Positions 9,546 to 20,109 of a stretch of DNA of 36,773 nucleotides are shown here, piece after piece (positions within the stretch are counted from its first letter, which is position 1; each line of letters opens with the position of its first letter). This stretch comes from an uncultured Acidobacteriaceae bacterium (GTDB lineage: Bacteria > Acidobacteriota > Terriglobia > Terriglobales > Acidobacteriaceae), in the NCBI GenBank assembly GCA_964235575.1, contig CAXSDM010000001.1, positions 72,863 through 109,635 of the forward strand, in the 5' to 3' direction. Both the position numbers and the translations under genes were made by a program. The notes under the pieces were generated by a model, which was not told the DNA's origin, searched no databases, and saw only the letters and a program-made list of their open reading frames with translations.

Positions 9546-10135
9546 ACACTCCGGCCAACCTCATTTCGACGATTCGTCCGGCCCGGCCGCTTGCCGGGGA
9601 GGGGTACGTGCGGCCTGCGCTCGATACGCTTTGGGCTTGGCTCGGAGACGTTCCCGACCCCGAGATCCCGGTAGTTTCCGTTACGGATCTCGGCATTGTG
9701 CGCGATGTCGCATGGAGCGAGGGCGAAGGAGACGTTGCGGTAGTGACCATCACACCGACCTATTCAGGATGCCCCGCCACCGATGTGATCGGCCACCAGA
9801 TTCGTGAACAACTGCTTCAACGCGGAGTACCGGCAGTCGATCTTCGCGTGCAGCTTTCACCTGCGTGGACGACGGACTGGCTTACAGACGCGGCCAAGCA
9901 GAAGCTCAAGGCATACGGCATCGCTCCGCCGACGGAGCAGGCCACGGCAGCGGGTGGTGCGATGGCTGAAAGCCTGCGAATGCTTGGGCTCGGCGCACAG
10001 AAGCCCAGTCTGCTTTGCCCTCGCTGCGGATCGGAGCATAACGAGATGATCAGCCGGTTTGGCTCCACACCCTGCAAGTCGCTGCACCGCTGTCTCGATT
10101 GCCAGGAACCTTTCGACCACTTCAAGTGCCACTAG
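9542..10135 (+). CDS. paaD: Phenylacetyl-CoA epoxidase maturation subunit D
   Basis: VPDPEIPVVSVTDLGIVR, TPTYSGCPA, CPRCGS and FGSTPCK..RC..CQEPFDHFKCH. GTG start overlaps the paaC stop (GTGA). Confidence 0.95.
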   Translation: MNTPANLISTIRPARPLAGEGYVRPALDTLWAWLGDVPDPEIPVVSVTDLGIVRDVAWSEGEGDVAVVTITPTYSGCPATDVIGHQIREQLLQRGVPAVDLRVQLSPAWTTDWLTDAAKQKLKAYGIAPPTEQATAAGGAMAESLRMLGLGAQKPSLLCPRCGSEHNEMISRFGSTPCKSLHRCLDCQEPFDHFKCH

Positions 10136-10168
10136 CGTAACCAGCACGACGACCAGAGCCCAGCCGAA

Positions 10169-11242
10169 ATGAGCCAGTTCCATTCACTTCGCGTCGCTTC
10201 CCTCACGTATGAAACACGTGACACGGTCGTCGTCACGTTCGACATACCCGAAGAGCAGCGCAGCGACTTCCGGTTCACCCCGGGGCAGAACCTCACGCTA
10301 CGCGCGCACTTTGATGGCGAAGAGATTCGGCGTTCCTATTCCATCTGTTCTGCACCCTTTGAGCAGAGGGTTTCGATCGCGATCAAGCGCGTGCAGGATG
10401 GCCTCTTCTCAACATGGGCCAACAAAGAGCTGCGTCCCGGCCACACCATTGAGTGCATGCCTCCTAGCGGCAACTTCGGCGCTCCGGTCGAGCCCGCAAG
10501 AGCCCGTCATCACGTAGCGTTCGCGGCGGGCAGCGGCATTACGCCGATCCTTTCCATCCTGAAGACCGTGCTGCACGAAGAGCCGCACAGCCGGTTCACA
10601 CTGGTGTACGGCAACCGCGCCTCCTCGTCGGTCATCTTCAAGGAAGAGCTCGAAAACGTGAAAGACCGCTATCTCGAGCGCTTCCGGCTCGTCTTCATTC
10701 TCAGCCGTGAGCAGCAGGACATCGACCTCTTCAACGGCCGCATCGATCGCGCCAAGGCCGACCTGCTGTTCAAGCAATGGATCGATCCCACGGACATTGA
10801 TCTCGCCTATATCTGCGGACCACAATCCATGATGGAAGACGTCTACGCAAGTCTCGCGGAACATGGCGTCGCAAGAGAAAGCATCAAGCGAGAGCTCTTT
10901 GGCACCGCGCCGCGCAGCCCGCGCAAAGTCGCCGTTGCGGAAGCAGCGGGCGATCGAGCTTGCACCGTCCGCGTGATCCAAGATGGCCGCCAACGTGAAT
11001 TTACGATCCGCAAGAACCAGCAGACCGTGCTGGATGAAGCCCTCGCACAGGGCATCGAACTGCCGTACTCCTGCAAAGGCGGCGTCTGTTCCACCTGCCG
11101 CTGCAAGCTCACCACCGGCGAAGTGGAAATGGATGTCAACTTTGCGCTGGAAGACTACGAAGTCGCTCGTGGCTTCATTCTCACTTGCCAAAGCTACCCC
11201 GTCAGCAACGAGCTCGTGCTTGACTTCGATCAGGAAAGCTAG
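10169..11242 (+). CDS. paaE: Phenylacetyl-CoA epoxidase reductase subunit E (FAD/NADPH, 2Fe-2S)
   Basis: RRSYSIC, AAGSGITP, ICGP and PYSCKGGVCSTC...LTCQ ferredoxin motif. Confidence 0.97.
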   Translation: MSQFHSLRVASLTYETRDTVVVTFDIPEEQRSDFRFTPGQNLTLRAHFDGEEIRRSYSICSAPFEQRVSIAIKRVQDGLFSTWANKELRPGHTIECMPPSGNFGAPVEPARARHHVAFAAGSGITPILSILKTVLHEEPHSRFTLVYGNRASSSVIFKEELENVKDRYLERFRLVFILSREQQDIDLFNGRIDRAKADLLFKQWIDPTDIDLAYICGPQSMMEDVYASLAEHGVARESIKRELFGTAPRSPRKVAVAEAAGDRACTVRVIQDGRQREFTIRKNQQTVLDEALAQGIELPYSCKGGVCSTCRCKLTTGEVEMDVNFALEDYEVARGFILTCQSYPVSNELVLDFDQES

Positions 11243-11249
11243 CCAAACC

Positions 11250-12026
11250 ATGATGTATGAGCTACTGCAGATGGAACGCCACGGAAAGGTCGGCCTCATC
11301 CGGCTGAATCGCCCTGACGCTCTCAACGCGCTTTCGCTTCCACTTCGTGAAGAGCTGCGCTTGGCGTTGCTCGAGCTCGAAGCTGACGAGACGATCGGTG
11401 CTGTCGTTCTCACCGGTAACGAGAAAGCGTTCGCTGCGGGTGCCGATGTGAAGCTGCTGAGCAGCTGGACCTATGCGGACGTGTCCACTTCTGTGCAGCT
11501 GCGCGCGGCATGGGAGCAGTTGGCGCGGAGGCGCAAGCCGGTGATCGCTGCCGTTGCGGGCTTCGCGCTGGGCGCAGGCTGCGAGCTCGCCATGATGTGT
11601 GACTTCATCCTGGCCGCGGATAACGCGCGCTTCGGACAGCCGGAGATCAAGCTTGGCACGCTGCCGGGCTCCGGCGGCACGCAACGCTTGACGCGCCTCA
11701 TCGGCAAAAGCAAGGCCATGGAAATGATTTTGACTGGGCGCATGATGACCGCCGAAGAAGCAGAACGGGCAGGCCTTGTCGCGCGCGTGCTTCCACTTGC
11801 GGAGCTTCTCGACGAAGCGCTGCGAGTCGCGTCACAAATTGCGGAGCTGTCCGCACCCGTAGTGCGGCTAGCCCGCGAAGCCGTGCAACGTGCGGAGGAA
11901 AGCTCGCTCGCCGAGGGGCTGCGCTTTGAAGCACGCAACTTTGAAATGACCTTTGCGCTCGAGGACCGCCGGGAGGGCATGCTTGCCTTCCTCGAAAAAC
12001 GCAAGCCGCACTTCAACAATCGGTAA
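11250..12026 (+). CDS. paaF: Enoyl-CoA hydratase (2,3-dehydroadipyl-CoA hydratase)
   Basis: Crotonase motifs AFAAGAD, GFALGAGCELAMMCD and FGQPEIKLG..PGSGGTQRL; paa operon context. Confidence 0.88.
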   Translation: MMYELLQMERHGKVGLIRLNRPDALNALSLPLREELRLALLELEADETIGAVVLTGNEKAFAAGADVKLLSSWTYADVSTSVQLRAAWEQLARRRKPVIAAVAGFALGAGCELAMMCDFILAADNARFGQPEIKLGTLPGSGGTQRLTRLIGKSKAMEMILTGRMMTAEEAERAGLVARVLPLAELLDEALRVASQIAELSAPVVRLAREAVQRAEESSLAEGLRFEARNFEMTFALEDRREGMLAFLEKRKPHFNNR

Positions 12027-12054
12027 CCGACATATCGCTGTGAGGAGCATTCGC

Positions 12055-14145
12055 ATGAGACTGGAAAGTTACGCTGTAGGCAGATGGTTCGCAGGTGAAG
12101 GTGGAGACACGATATCGAACGCAGTGACAGGCGAGCCTGTGTGCGTTATCTCCAGCAAAGGCCTCGACTTCAAGGCAATGCTCGAGCACGCACGGAAGGT
12201 AGGCGGTCCTGCCCTGCGTAAGCTGACGTTTCACGAACGCGCACTGCGGCTGAAAGCTTTGGCGCAGTACCTGCTGGAGCGGAAGGAAAGCTATTACAAA
12301 ATTTCCCATGCCACAGGCGCCACGCGTAACGATTCCTGGATCGACATCGAAGGCGGCATCATGACGCTCTTCGCGTATTCGAGCAAGGGACGCAAGGAGT
12401 TGCCGAACCAGACGTTCCTGGTAGACGGAACGTCGGAGACGCTTTCCAAGAACGGGACCTTCGTTGGCCTTCACATCTGCACGCCGTTGCAGGGCGCAGC
12501 CGTCCACATCAATGCGTACAATTTTCCTTGCTGGGGCATGCTGGAAAAGATTTCTGTCAATCTGCTCGCGGGCATGCCGGCAATCGTCAAGCCTGCCAGT
12601 CAGACGGCGTTCCTGACCGAAGCCATGTTTCGCGACATCGTTGCCTCGGGTATCTTTCCTGAAGGCGCGCTACAGCTGATTTGCGGAAGCACCGGCGACC
12701 TGCTGTCGCACCTCCAGGCGCAGGACGCGGTCACTTTCACCGGCTCGGCTTCGACGGGCCGCAAGCTGCGCCAGATGCCGGCCGTTCAGTTGAACTCCGT
12801 TCGCTTCACCATGGAAGCGGACTCGCTGAACTTTTCGCTGATCGGCCCCGATGCCACACCGGATCAGCCGGAGTTCGAGCTCTTCGTCAAGGAAGTGGTT
12901 CGTGAAATGACCACCAAAGCCGGGCAGAAGTGCACGGCCATCCGCCGCGCCTTCGCGCCGCGAGAGCTGATCCAGCCCTTGATCGCGGCGATCGGCAGAC
13001 GGCTCTCGAAGGTGGTACTCGGCGATCCGATGACAGAAGGTGTCACCATGGGCGCACTCGCCAGCCTGGGCCAGCGTGACGAGGTCCGCGAGCGGGTGCA
13101 GGAGCTGCGCGACGGCGGTGCGGAGCTCGTTTTTGGCGACCCCACCACCTTCGATGTGAAGGGCGCAGACATTGTCGCGGGCGCGTTTCTTGGGCCCATG
13201 CTGCTGCACAGTCCTCACCCGAAACAGCATGCGGCGGCCCACAATGTCGAGGCGTTTGGTCCTGTCGCCACGCTGATGCCGTATGACTCGCTTGAAGACG
13301 CTATCGAGCTCGTCAAGATGGGCGAAGGCAGCCTGGTCGGCTCGATCTTCACGTACGACAACACCTTTGCACGCGAACTCGTGATGGGCACGGCGGCGTT
13401 TCACGGCCGCATGCTCATCCTCAACCGCGACTGTGCGAAGGAGTCCACCGGACACGGCTCGCCGTTGCCGGGCCTTGTGCATGGAGGCCCCGGGCGCGCC
13501 GGCGGCGGCGAAGAGATGGGCGGCATTCGCGGCGTGATGCACTATCTGCAGCGTACGGCTCTGCAGGGCTCTCCGGAGACGCTGACGCAGATCGGGCAGC
13601 GCTGGCTCACGGGCAGCAACCGGCACGAGAGCGTGCACCCTTTCCGCAAGTACATTGAGGAGCTGGAACTGGGAGACTGTGTTGTCTCGGCTGCAAAGCT
13701 CGTCACGCTTGAAGACATTGAACACTTCGCGGAGTTCACCGGCGACAAGTTCTACGCGCACATGGATGAAGCGGCTGCCAAGGCGAATCCATTCTTTGGC
13801 GGTCGCGTGGCCCACGGCTACTACATCGTTTCGCTCGCCGCGGGGCTCTTTGTCGACCCAGCGCCGGGTCCCGTGCTGGCCAACACAGGCGTCGACAACC
13901 TTCGCTTCATCACTCCGGTGTTCCCCGGTGATTCGCTCAAAGTAATTCTGACGTGCAAGGCCAAAAACCCGCGCGAAACAGAAAACTACGGAGAAGTGCG
14001 GTGGGACGCGGTGATCACAAACCAGGACGACAAGCTCGTGGCACAGTACGACGTGCTCACGATGGTCAAGAAAAAACCGCTGGAAAGCGCTGCCATTCAG
14101 ACCGCAGAAGAGCGGCAACGCGAAGACGCGGCGGTGCCTGCATGA
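12055..14145 (+). CDS. paaZ: Bifunctional oxepin-CoA hydrolase / 3-oxo-5,6-dehydrosuberyl-CoA semialdehyde dehydrogenase
   Basis: ALDH domain ([23 protein letters not shown]) fused to a MaoC domain ([17 protein letters not shown]); GAGGAG RBS. Confidence 0.96.
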   Translation: MRLESYAVGRWFAGEGGDTISNAVTGEPVCVISSKGLDFKAMLEHARKVGGPALRKLTFHERALRLKALAQYLLERKESYYKISHATGATRNDSWIDIEGGIMTLFAYSSKGRKELPNQTFLVDGTSETLSKNGTFVGLHICTPLQGAAVHINAYNFPCWGMLEKISVNLLAGMPAIVKPASQTAFLTEAMFRDIVASGIFPEGALQLICGSTGDLLSHLQAQDAVTFTGSASTGRKLRQMPAVQLNSVRFTMEADSLNFSLIGPDATPDQPEFELFVKEVVREMTTKAGQKCTAIRRAFAPRELIQPLIAAIGRRLSKVVLGDPMTEGVTMGALASLGQRDEVRERVQELRDGGAELVFGDPTTFDVKGADIVAGAFLGPMLLHSPHPKQHAAAHNVEAFGPVATLMPYDSLEDAIELVKMGEGSLVGSIFTYDNTFARELVMGTAAFHGRMLILNRDCAKESTGHGSPLPGLVHGGPGRAGGGEEMGGIRGVMHYLQRTALQGSPETLTQIGQRWLTGSNRHESVHPFRKYIEELELGDCVVSAAKLVTLEDIEHFAEFTGDKFYAHMDEAAAKANPFFGGRVAHGYYIVSLAAGLFVDPAPGPVLANTGVDNLRFITPVFPGDSLKVILTCKAKNPRETENYGEVRWDAVITNQDDKLVAQYDVLTMVKKKPLESAAIQTAEERQREDAAVPA

Positions 14146-14933
14146 GCTACGAGAACATCCTCTTCGACACCTCGAACGGCGTTGCGCGCCTCACGCTCAA
14201 CCGGCCCGATAAGCTCAACAGCTTCACGACCGCGATGCACGAAGAAGTGCGCGATGCGCTCGCGCGGCTTCAAGCTCAGAAGGATCTGCGTGTCCTTCTG
14301 CTTACCGGTGCCGGACGCGGTTTCTGCGCGGGACAGGACCTCGGCGATCGCGCCGTCGCTCCGGGTGACGAGCCTGTCGACCTGGGCGTTTCGATCGAAA
14401 AATACTACGGCCCCATGGTGCTTGCGCTGCGTGCGCTTTCCGCTCCTGTGCTTTGCGCAGTGAACGGCGTGGCCGCGGGTGCGGGTGTGAATCTCGCTCT
14501 GGCCTGCGACCTGGTGATCGCGAAAAAGTCCGCGAGCTTTATCCAATCCTTTGCGCGGCTTGGGCTGATCCCCGACACTGGCGGCACATACTTGCTGCCG
14601 CGGCTTGCGGGAAACGCGCGCGCCATGGGCCTGGCGCTGCTCGGCGACAAGCTTCCGGCCGAGCAGGCTGCCGAGTGGGGTCTGATCTGGAAGTGCTTCG
14701 ACGATGACGCATTCGAGACGGAAACCGAGAAGCTGCTGCAGCATCTCGCGACGGCACCGACGCTTGGCCTTGCCCGCACCAAGCAGGCGATCTATGCCGG
14801 CGCCAATGCTACGTTCGCGCAGCAGCTCCAGGCTGAACGCGACGCCATGCGTGAGCTTGGCATGAGTTCCGACTACCAGGAAGGTGTGCAAGCCTTTCTA
14901 GCCAAGCGCGCTCCGGTGTTCCATGGCCGCTGA
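14142..14933 (+). CDS. paaG: 1,2-epoxyphenylacetyl-CoA isomerase
   Basis: LNRPDKLNSF, GRGFCAGQDL.DR, VNGVAAGAG and GLIPDTGGT; ATGA overlap with paaZ. Confidence 0.95.
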   Translation: MSYENILFDTSNGVARLTLNRPDKLNSFTTAMHEEVRDALARLQAQKDLRVLLLTGAGRGFCAGQDLGDRAVAPGDEPVDLGVSIEKYYGPMVLALRALSAPVLCAVNGVAAGAGVNLALACDLVIAKKSASFIQSFARLGLIPDTGGTYLLPRLAGNARAMGLALLGDKLPAEQAAEWGLIWKCFDDDAFETETEKLLQHLATAPTLGLARTKQAIYAGANATFAQQLQAERDAMRELGMSSDYQEGVQAFLAKRAPVFHGR

Positions 14934-16476
14934 CGCTTCCGTTCTGCCGCTGGCGGTTACCACGAGGGTGGGCATTGTGGGAGCAGGCGCCATGGGCACG
15001 GGAATCGCGCAGGTCGCGGCGCTTGCCGGCCACCCGGTGCGGCTGTTCGACACTCGCAGCGATGCCGCCCAGGGTGCAATCGAGAGCATCGTCGCGATGG
15101 TCGACAAGCTGGCCGCAAAAGGCCGCATCACGGCAGAGCAGACGGCAAGCCTTCGCGCCGGTCTATCTGTTGCGAGATCGCTCGAAGAGCTTGCGGATTG
15201 CGGGCTCATTGTGGAAGCGATCGTGGAAAAGCTGGATGGAAAGCAAAGTCTCTTCCGCAGCCTCGAAGCCTTTGTTGCGCCGGATGCCCTGCTCGCTACC
15301 AACACCTCGTCTATCTCCGTGACGGCGATCGGATCGGCTCTCCGGTCGCCAGAGCGTTTGCTCGGGATGCACTTCTTCAATCCTGCGCCGCTGATGCCGC
15401 TGGTGGAAATTATTGCCGGGGTAGCCACGGCACCGTCAGCCTCAGCAACGCTGTACGCTACCGCAAAAGCGTGGGGGAAAACGCCCGTCTACGCCAAGTC
15501 GACTCCGGGCTTCATCGTCAACCGTGTAGCGCGTCCCTTCTACGCGGAAGCCTTGCGCGTACTGAACGAGGGTGGGTCCGATTGCGCGACCATCGATGCC
15601 ATTCTGCGCGAAGCAGGCGGCTTCCGCATGGGCCCGTTCGAGTTGATGGATCTTATCGGCCACGATGTGAACTACGCCGTGACGCGATCCGTGTTTGACG
15701 CGTTCTACGGTGACCCGCGCTTCACACCCTCGCTGCGTCAGTTGGAGCTCGTGGAAGCCGGCTTCCTCGGACGAAAGTCGGGACGCGGCTTCTATGCCTA
15801 TGGCGAGAGCGCGCCGGCGGTCACTCCGCAAGCGAGTATTGCGTGCGCCCTGCCGAAGAACATCCGGCTGATCGGCGAGGGTGCCCTTGCCGCTACGCTT
15901 GCAAACAGGCTCACCAAACAATCGGTCGCGTATGAGCGTGCGGCGGAGGCGGCTGATGGTCGCATCGCCGAGGCGGAGGGCGCCGTGCTCTATCTCTGTG
16001 ATGGCCGCACAGCGAACGGGCGAGCGCACCACACCGGCGAACCGAATACAGTTCTGGTCGACCTCGCTCTTGATCTAGCTGCGACGACACGGCTCGCAGT
16101 GACACGCGCCGACGGCTGCAGCCTCACAGCCTTTGGGGCTGCAGTGGGGCTTCTGCAAGCCGCCGGTTACGTTGTTTCTGAAGTGGACGATGTCCCCGGC
16201 ATGGTCGTGCTTCGCACCGTCGCCATGCTCGCCAACGAAGCCGCAGACACGATGCACCAGGGTGTCTGCAGCGCGGCGGACTGTGATCTCGCCATGCGCA
16301 AAGGCGTGAACTACCCCTTGGGTCCGCTGGAGTGGGCTGACAAACTCGGCGCGGCCACAGTGGTGCAAGCGCTCGACAATATTCGCGAGGCTTACGGCGA
16401 TACGCGCTACCGCGTGTCTCCGCTGCTTCGCCGTAAAGCCCTTACCTCCAGCCCGTTCCACGCCACGGAGAAGTAG
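14923..16476 (+). CDS. paaH: 3-hydroxyadipyl-CoA dehydrogenase
   Basis: GAGAMGTGIA, ATNTSS, GMHFFNPAP and GFRMGPFELMDLIG, with a duplicated C-terminal domain (GVNYPLGPLEW). Confidence 0.95.
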   Translation: MAADASVLPLAVTTRVGIVGAGAMGTGIAQVAALAGHPVRLFDTRSDAAQGAIESIVAMVDKLAAKGRITAEQTASLRAGLSVARSLEELADCGLIVEAIVEKLDGKQSLFRSLEAFVAPDALLATNTSSISVTAIGSALRSPERLLGMHFFNPAPLMPLVEIIAGVATAPSASATLYATAKAWGKTPVYAKSTPGFIVNRVARPFYAEALRVLNEGGSDCATIDAILREAGGFRMGPFELMDLIGHDVNYAVTRSVFDAFYGDPRFTPSLRQLELVEAGFLGRKSGRGFYAYGESAPAVTPQASIACALPKNIRLIGEGALAATLANRLTKQSVAYERAAEAADGRIAEAEGAVLYLCDGRTANGRAHHTGEPNTVLVDLALDLAATTRLAVTRADGCSLTAFGAAVGLLQAAGYVVSEVDDVPGMVVLRTVAMLANEAADTMHQGVCSAADCDLAMRKGVNYPLGPLEWADKLGAATVVQALDNIREAYGDTRYRVSPLLRRKALTSSPFHATEK

Positions 16477-16478
16477 CC

Positions 16479-16934
16479 ATGCCTGATACCGGTCTGACTC
16501 TTGCGCAGCGCGTGGTCACCGCCATGCTCGCAAAGGACCGCGCCACGCCGATGCTCGGCATGGTGGTGCTGAGTGCGGCAGAAGGCACATGCTGCCTGGA
16601 GATGCGCGTACGCGAGGATATGCTGAACGGGTACGAAACCTGCCACGGCGGCATCCTGTTTTCGCTTGCGGACTCTGCCTTTGCCATCGCCTGTAACAGC
16701 CGCAACCTGTGCACGGTAGCAGCGGGCGCACAGATCGATTTTCTTAGGCCTGCGCGGGTCGGCGACGTGCTCCGCGCAACCGCTGTCGAAGTTTCGGCGG
16801 GCAAGCGGCTCGGTCTGTATGACGTCACGGTGGTCAATCAAAAGCAACAAACGATCGCTCTCTTCCGTGGCAAGTCCTGCCGCGTCGACGGCGTTCTCGT
16901 CGACGGGGAAAACTCAGAGTTCGCAACGGTTTAG
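16479..16934 (+). CDS. paaI: Phenylacetyl-CoA thioesterase (hot-dog fold)
   Basis: MLNG...CHGGILFSLADSAFAIACNS and ALFRGKS. Confidence 0.95.
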   Translation: MPDTGLTLAQRVVTAMLAKDRATPMLGMVVLSAAEGTCCLEMRVREDMLNGYETCHGGILFSLADSAFAIACNSRNLCTVAAGAQIDFLRPARVGDVLRATAVEVSAGKRLGLYDVTVVNQKQQTIALFRGKSCRVDGVLVDGENSEFATV

Positions 16935-16944
16935 CCAGGTCTTT

Positions 16945-18294
16945 ATGCCAGTCAAACAATCTCAGCCTTCCGATCTCGAGCCCATCGAAAAAGCCAGCCA
17001 GGACGAGCTGCAGGCGCTTCAGCTCGCACGCCTGAAGCAGACGCTGCAGCACGTCTATGCGAACGTGGAGCACTATCGCCGCAGCTTCGACGCCGCCGGC
17101 GTTCACCCCAGCGATTTGCGTGAGCTTGCCGACCTGCGCCGCTTTCCATTCACCACGAAGAAAGACCTGCGCGACAATTACCCGTTCGGTCTGTTCGCCG
17201 TGCCGCGCTCGCAAGTGTCACGCATCCATGCTTCCAGCGGAACCACCGGCAAGCCTACGGTCGTCGGCTACACTGGGGCTGACATCGACACCTGGGCCAA
17301 TCTGGTGGCGCGCAGCATTCGCGCGGCCGGTGGCCGGCCCGGCGACATGGTGCATATTGCTTACGGCTACGGTCTGTTCACCGGCGGTCTTGGCGCTCAC
17401 TACGGCGCAGAGCGCGCCGGCTGCACAGTCATCCCCATGTCGGGCGGCCAGACGGAAAAGCAGGTGCAGCTCATCTGCGACTTCAAGCCCGACATCATCA
17501 TGGTCACGCCGTCCTACATGCTCAACATCATCGATGAGTTCGCGCGGCAGGGCCTGGACGCGCGCTCGTCCTCGCTCAAGGTCGGCATCTTCGGCGCAGA
17601 GCCGTGGACGAACGCCATGCGCGACGAGCTCGAAACACGCGCCGGCATCGACGCGCTCGATATCTATGGCTTGTCGGAAGTAATGGGCCCCGGGGTGGCA
17701 AGTGAGTGCATCGAGACCAAGGACGGTCCCGTGATCTGGGAAGACCACTTCTACCCGGAGATCATCGACCCTGCCACCGGCGAAGTGCTGCCGGACGGCT
17801 CTGAAGGTGAACTCGTCTTCACGTCCCTTACCAAGCAAGCGTTGCCCATCATCCGCTACCGCACACGCGACCTCACACGCCTGCTGCCGCATACCGCACG
17901 CGCGATGCGTCGCATGGACAAGATCACCGGCCGCTCCGATGACATGCTCATCATCCGCGGCGTCAATGTTTTCCCCACGCAGATCGAAGAGCTTCTGCTC
18001 AAATGCCCGGAACTTTCGGCGCATTATCTGATTGAGGTTGCGCGTGAAGGCAATCTTGACCAGATGAGCGTCACAGTTGAGATCAACAACGCTGCTGCCT
18101 CGCAACTCAGCACAGAGCGCCGCCTAGAAATCTCGAAGCGAATGCAGCAACAGGTAAAGACCAACGTCGGCATCAGCATAGCCTTGCGGCTGGCCGAGCC
18201 TATGACGCTCGAGCGCTCCGCCGGCAAAGCCTGCCACGTGATCGATCGCCGCAAGACAACAACGCCTGGCGCGGAAGGAAGAAACACACCATGA
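16945..18294 (+). CDS. paaK: Phenylacetate-CoA ligase
   Basis: HASSGTTGKPT, DIYGLSEVMGPGV and GRSDDMLIIRGVNVFP. Confidence 0.97.
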   Translation: MPVKQSQPSDLEPIEKASQDELQALQLARLKQTLQHVYANVEHYRRSFDAAGVHPSDLRELADLRRFPFTTKKDLRDNYPFGLFAVPRSQVSRIHASSGTTGKPTVVGYTGADIDTWANLVARSIRAAGGRPGDMVHIAYGYGLFTGGLGAHYGAERAGCTVIPMSGGQTEKQVQLICDFKPDIIMVTPSYMLNIIDEFARQGLDARSSSLKVGIFGAEPWTNAMRDELETRAGIDALDIYGLSEVMGPGVASECIETKDGPVIWEDHFYPEIIDPATGEVLPDGSEGELVFTSLTKQALPIIRYRTRDLTRLLPHTARAMRRMDKITGRSDDMLIIRGVNVFPTQIEELLLKCPELSAHYLIEVAREGNLDQMSVTVEINNAAASQLSTERRLEISKRMQQQVKTNVGISIALRLAEPMTLERSAGKACHVIDRRKTTTPGAEGRNTP

Positions 18295-19496
18295 ATACGG
18301 CTTACATCTGCGACGCTGTTCGAACACCTTTCGGCAAATACGGTGGATCGCTCGCCACAGTGCGTGCAGACGATCTTGCCGCGCTGCCGATCAAGGCGCT
18401 CATCGAGCGCAACCCATCCGTGGATTGGACCGCCTGCGACGACCTCATCTACGGCTGCGCAAACCAGGCCGGCGAAGACAATCGCAACGTGGCTCGCATG
18501 GCCGTGCTGCTTGCCGGGCTGCCGGTCGACGTGCCGGCCACCACGGTGAATCGTCTCTGCGGCTCCAGCCTCGATGCGATCGCCATGGCGTCGCGCGCCA
18601 TCCGCTGCGATGAAGGCGACCTGTTGATCGCCGGCGGCGTGGAAAGCATGTCTCGCGCTCCTTTCGTCATGGGCAAAGCAGAGAGCGCCTTTTCACGCGC
18701 GGCAAAGATAGAAGACACGACCCTGGGCTGGCGCTTCGTCAATCACCTCATCAAGGCGCAGTACGGTGTCGACTCCATGCCGGAAACAGGTGAGAATGTA
18801 GCCGAGCAGTTTGGCGTATTGCGTGCCGACCAGGATGCGTTCGCCGCGCGAAGCCAGGCGCGCTGGACGGCGGCGAATGACCGCGGCTTCTTCGCCGGGC
18901 AGATCGTTCCTGTTGCCGTGCACCAGCACAAGGGCGAAACCCGCATGTTTACTGCCGATGAGCAACCGCGCCCGGGCACGACCACCGAGGTGCTCGCGAA
19001 ATTGAAGGGCGTGACCAGGCACGATGGCACCGTGACTGCGGGCAACGCGTCGTCGCTCAATGACGGGTCCGCTGCCGTTCTGCTCGCTTCCGAAAGCGGG
19101 CTGAGGACCCACGGGCTGCGGCCGCGTGCGCGGGTCGTTGCTGCCGCTGCCGCCGGGCTGGAGCCGCGCATCATGGGCTATGCGCCCGCGCTGGCGGTCC
19201 CCAAGGTGCTGCGGCGTGCAGGTTTGCAGACCGGCCAGATGGACACCATCGAGCTCAACGAAGCGTTCGCCGCCCAGGCACTCGCCGTGACACGTGCGTT
19301 AGGTCTTGACGACGATGACCCCCGCGTGAACCCCAATGGAGGAGCGATCGCCATCGGCCATCCGCTCGGTGCTTCCGGCGCTCGCTTGGTAACTACCGCT
19401 CTCCACCAGCTTGAGGCCACCGGCGGACGCTACGCTCTTTGCACCATGTGCATCGGTGTCGGCCAGGCCGTAGCCCTCATCCTGGAGCGTATCTGA
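18291..19496 (+). CDS. paaJ: 3-oxoadipyl-CoA / 3-oxo-5,6-dehydrosuberyl-CoA thiolase (PcaF-like)
   Basis: GCANQAGEDNRNVARM, NRLCGS, NEAFA, GHPLGASG and MCIGVGQ. Confidence 0.95.
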   Translation: MNTAYICDAVRTPFGKYGGSLATVRADDLAALPIKALIERNPSVDWTACDDLIYGCANQAGEDNRNVARMAVLLAGLPVDVPATTVNRLCGSSLDAIAMASRAIRCDEGDLLIAGGVESMSRAPFVMGKAESAFSRAAKIEDTTLGWRFVNHLIKAQYGVDSMPETGENVAEQFGVLRADQDAFAARSQARWTAANDRGFFAGQIVPVAVHQHKGETRMFTADEQPRPGTTTEVLAKLKGVTRHDGTVTAGNASSLNDGSAAVLLASESGLRTHGLRPRARVVAAAAAGLEPRIMGYAPALAVPKVLRRAGLQTGQMDTIELNEAFAAQALAVTRALGLDDDDPRVNPNGGAIAIGHPLGASGARLVTTALHQLEATGGRYALCTMCIGVGQAVALILERI

Positions 19497-20107
19497 TGAA
19501 CACATATGAGTTCGATGGGATCGTTCCGGTCGTAGATCCGAGCTCCTACGTGCATCCCACCGCTGTGTTGATTGGAGACGTCATCATCGGCGCACACTGT
19601 TACATCGGAGCCAATGCCGTTCTGCGCGGCGACTTCGGCAGGCTCATGCTGCACGACGGCAGCAACTTGCAGGACACCTGCGTGATGCACGGCTTTCCTG
19701 AAACCGATACGGTCGTCGAACAGGACGGCCACGTCGGCCACGGCGCAGTGTTGCATGGCTGCCGCATCGGCAGGAATGTCCTGGTCGGCATGAACGCCGT
19801 CATCATGGATAACGCCGTGATTGGCGAAGAAAGCATCGTGGCCGCGCTTGCCTTCGTCAAGGCCGACATGCAAGTGCCGCCGCGCAGTCTTGTCGCCGGG
19901 GTGCCCGGCAAGATTCTCCGGCAGGTGACGCAGCAGGAAATCGACTGGAAGACGACCGGCACAGGCGTGTACCACGATTTGGTAGAGCGTAGCCGCAAGT
20001 CGCTGCGACCCGCGGCGCCGTTGTCTGCTCCTGAGCCTCAGCGCCGCAGGATGGGGCGCATTGCAGGGCTCGATCCGCTCTTTCGGTTGAGACGAACCAC
20101 CGAGTGA
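19496..20107 (+). CDS. paaY: PaaY, gamma-carbonic-anhydrase-like hexapeptide-repeat protein
   Basis: VHPTAVLIGDV, LRGDFG and GHGAVLHGC; TGATG overlap with paaJ. Confidence 0.93.
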   Translation: MNTYEFDGIVPVVDPSSYVHPTAVLIGDVIIGAHCYIGANAVLRGDFGRLMLHDGSNLQDTCVMHGFPETDTVVEQDGHVGHGAVLHGCRIGRNVLVGMNAVIMDNAVIGEESIVAALAFVKADMQVPPRSLVAGVPGKILRQVTQQEIDWKTTGTGVYHDLVERSRKSLRPAAPLSAPEPQRRRMGRIAGLDPLFRLRRTTE

Positions 20108-20109
20108 CG

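Noticed and set aside
12670-14118. Long antisense ORFs (482 aa here; also 7382-8353, 10409-11413, 17218-18105, 21404-22333, 23157-24122)
   Set aside because: Shadow frames opposite well-supported high-GC genes, with no recognisable motifs.
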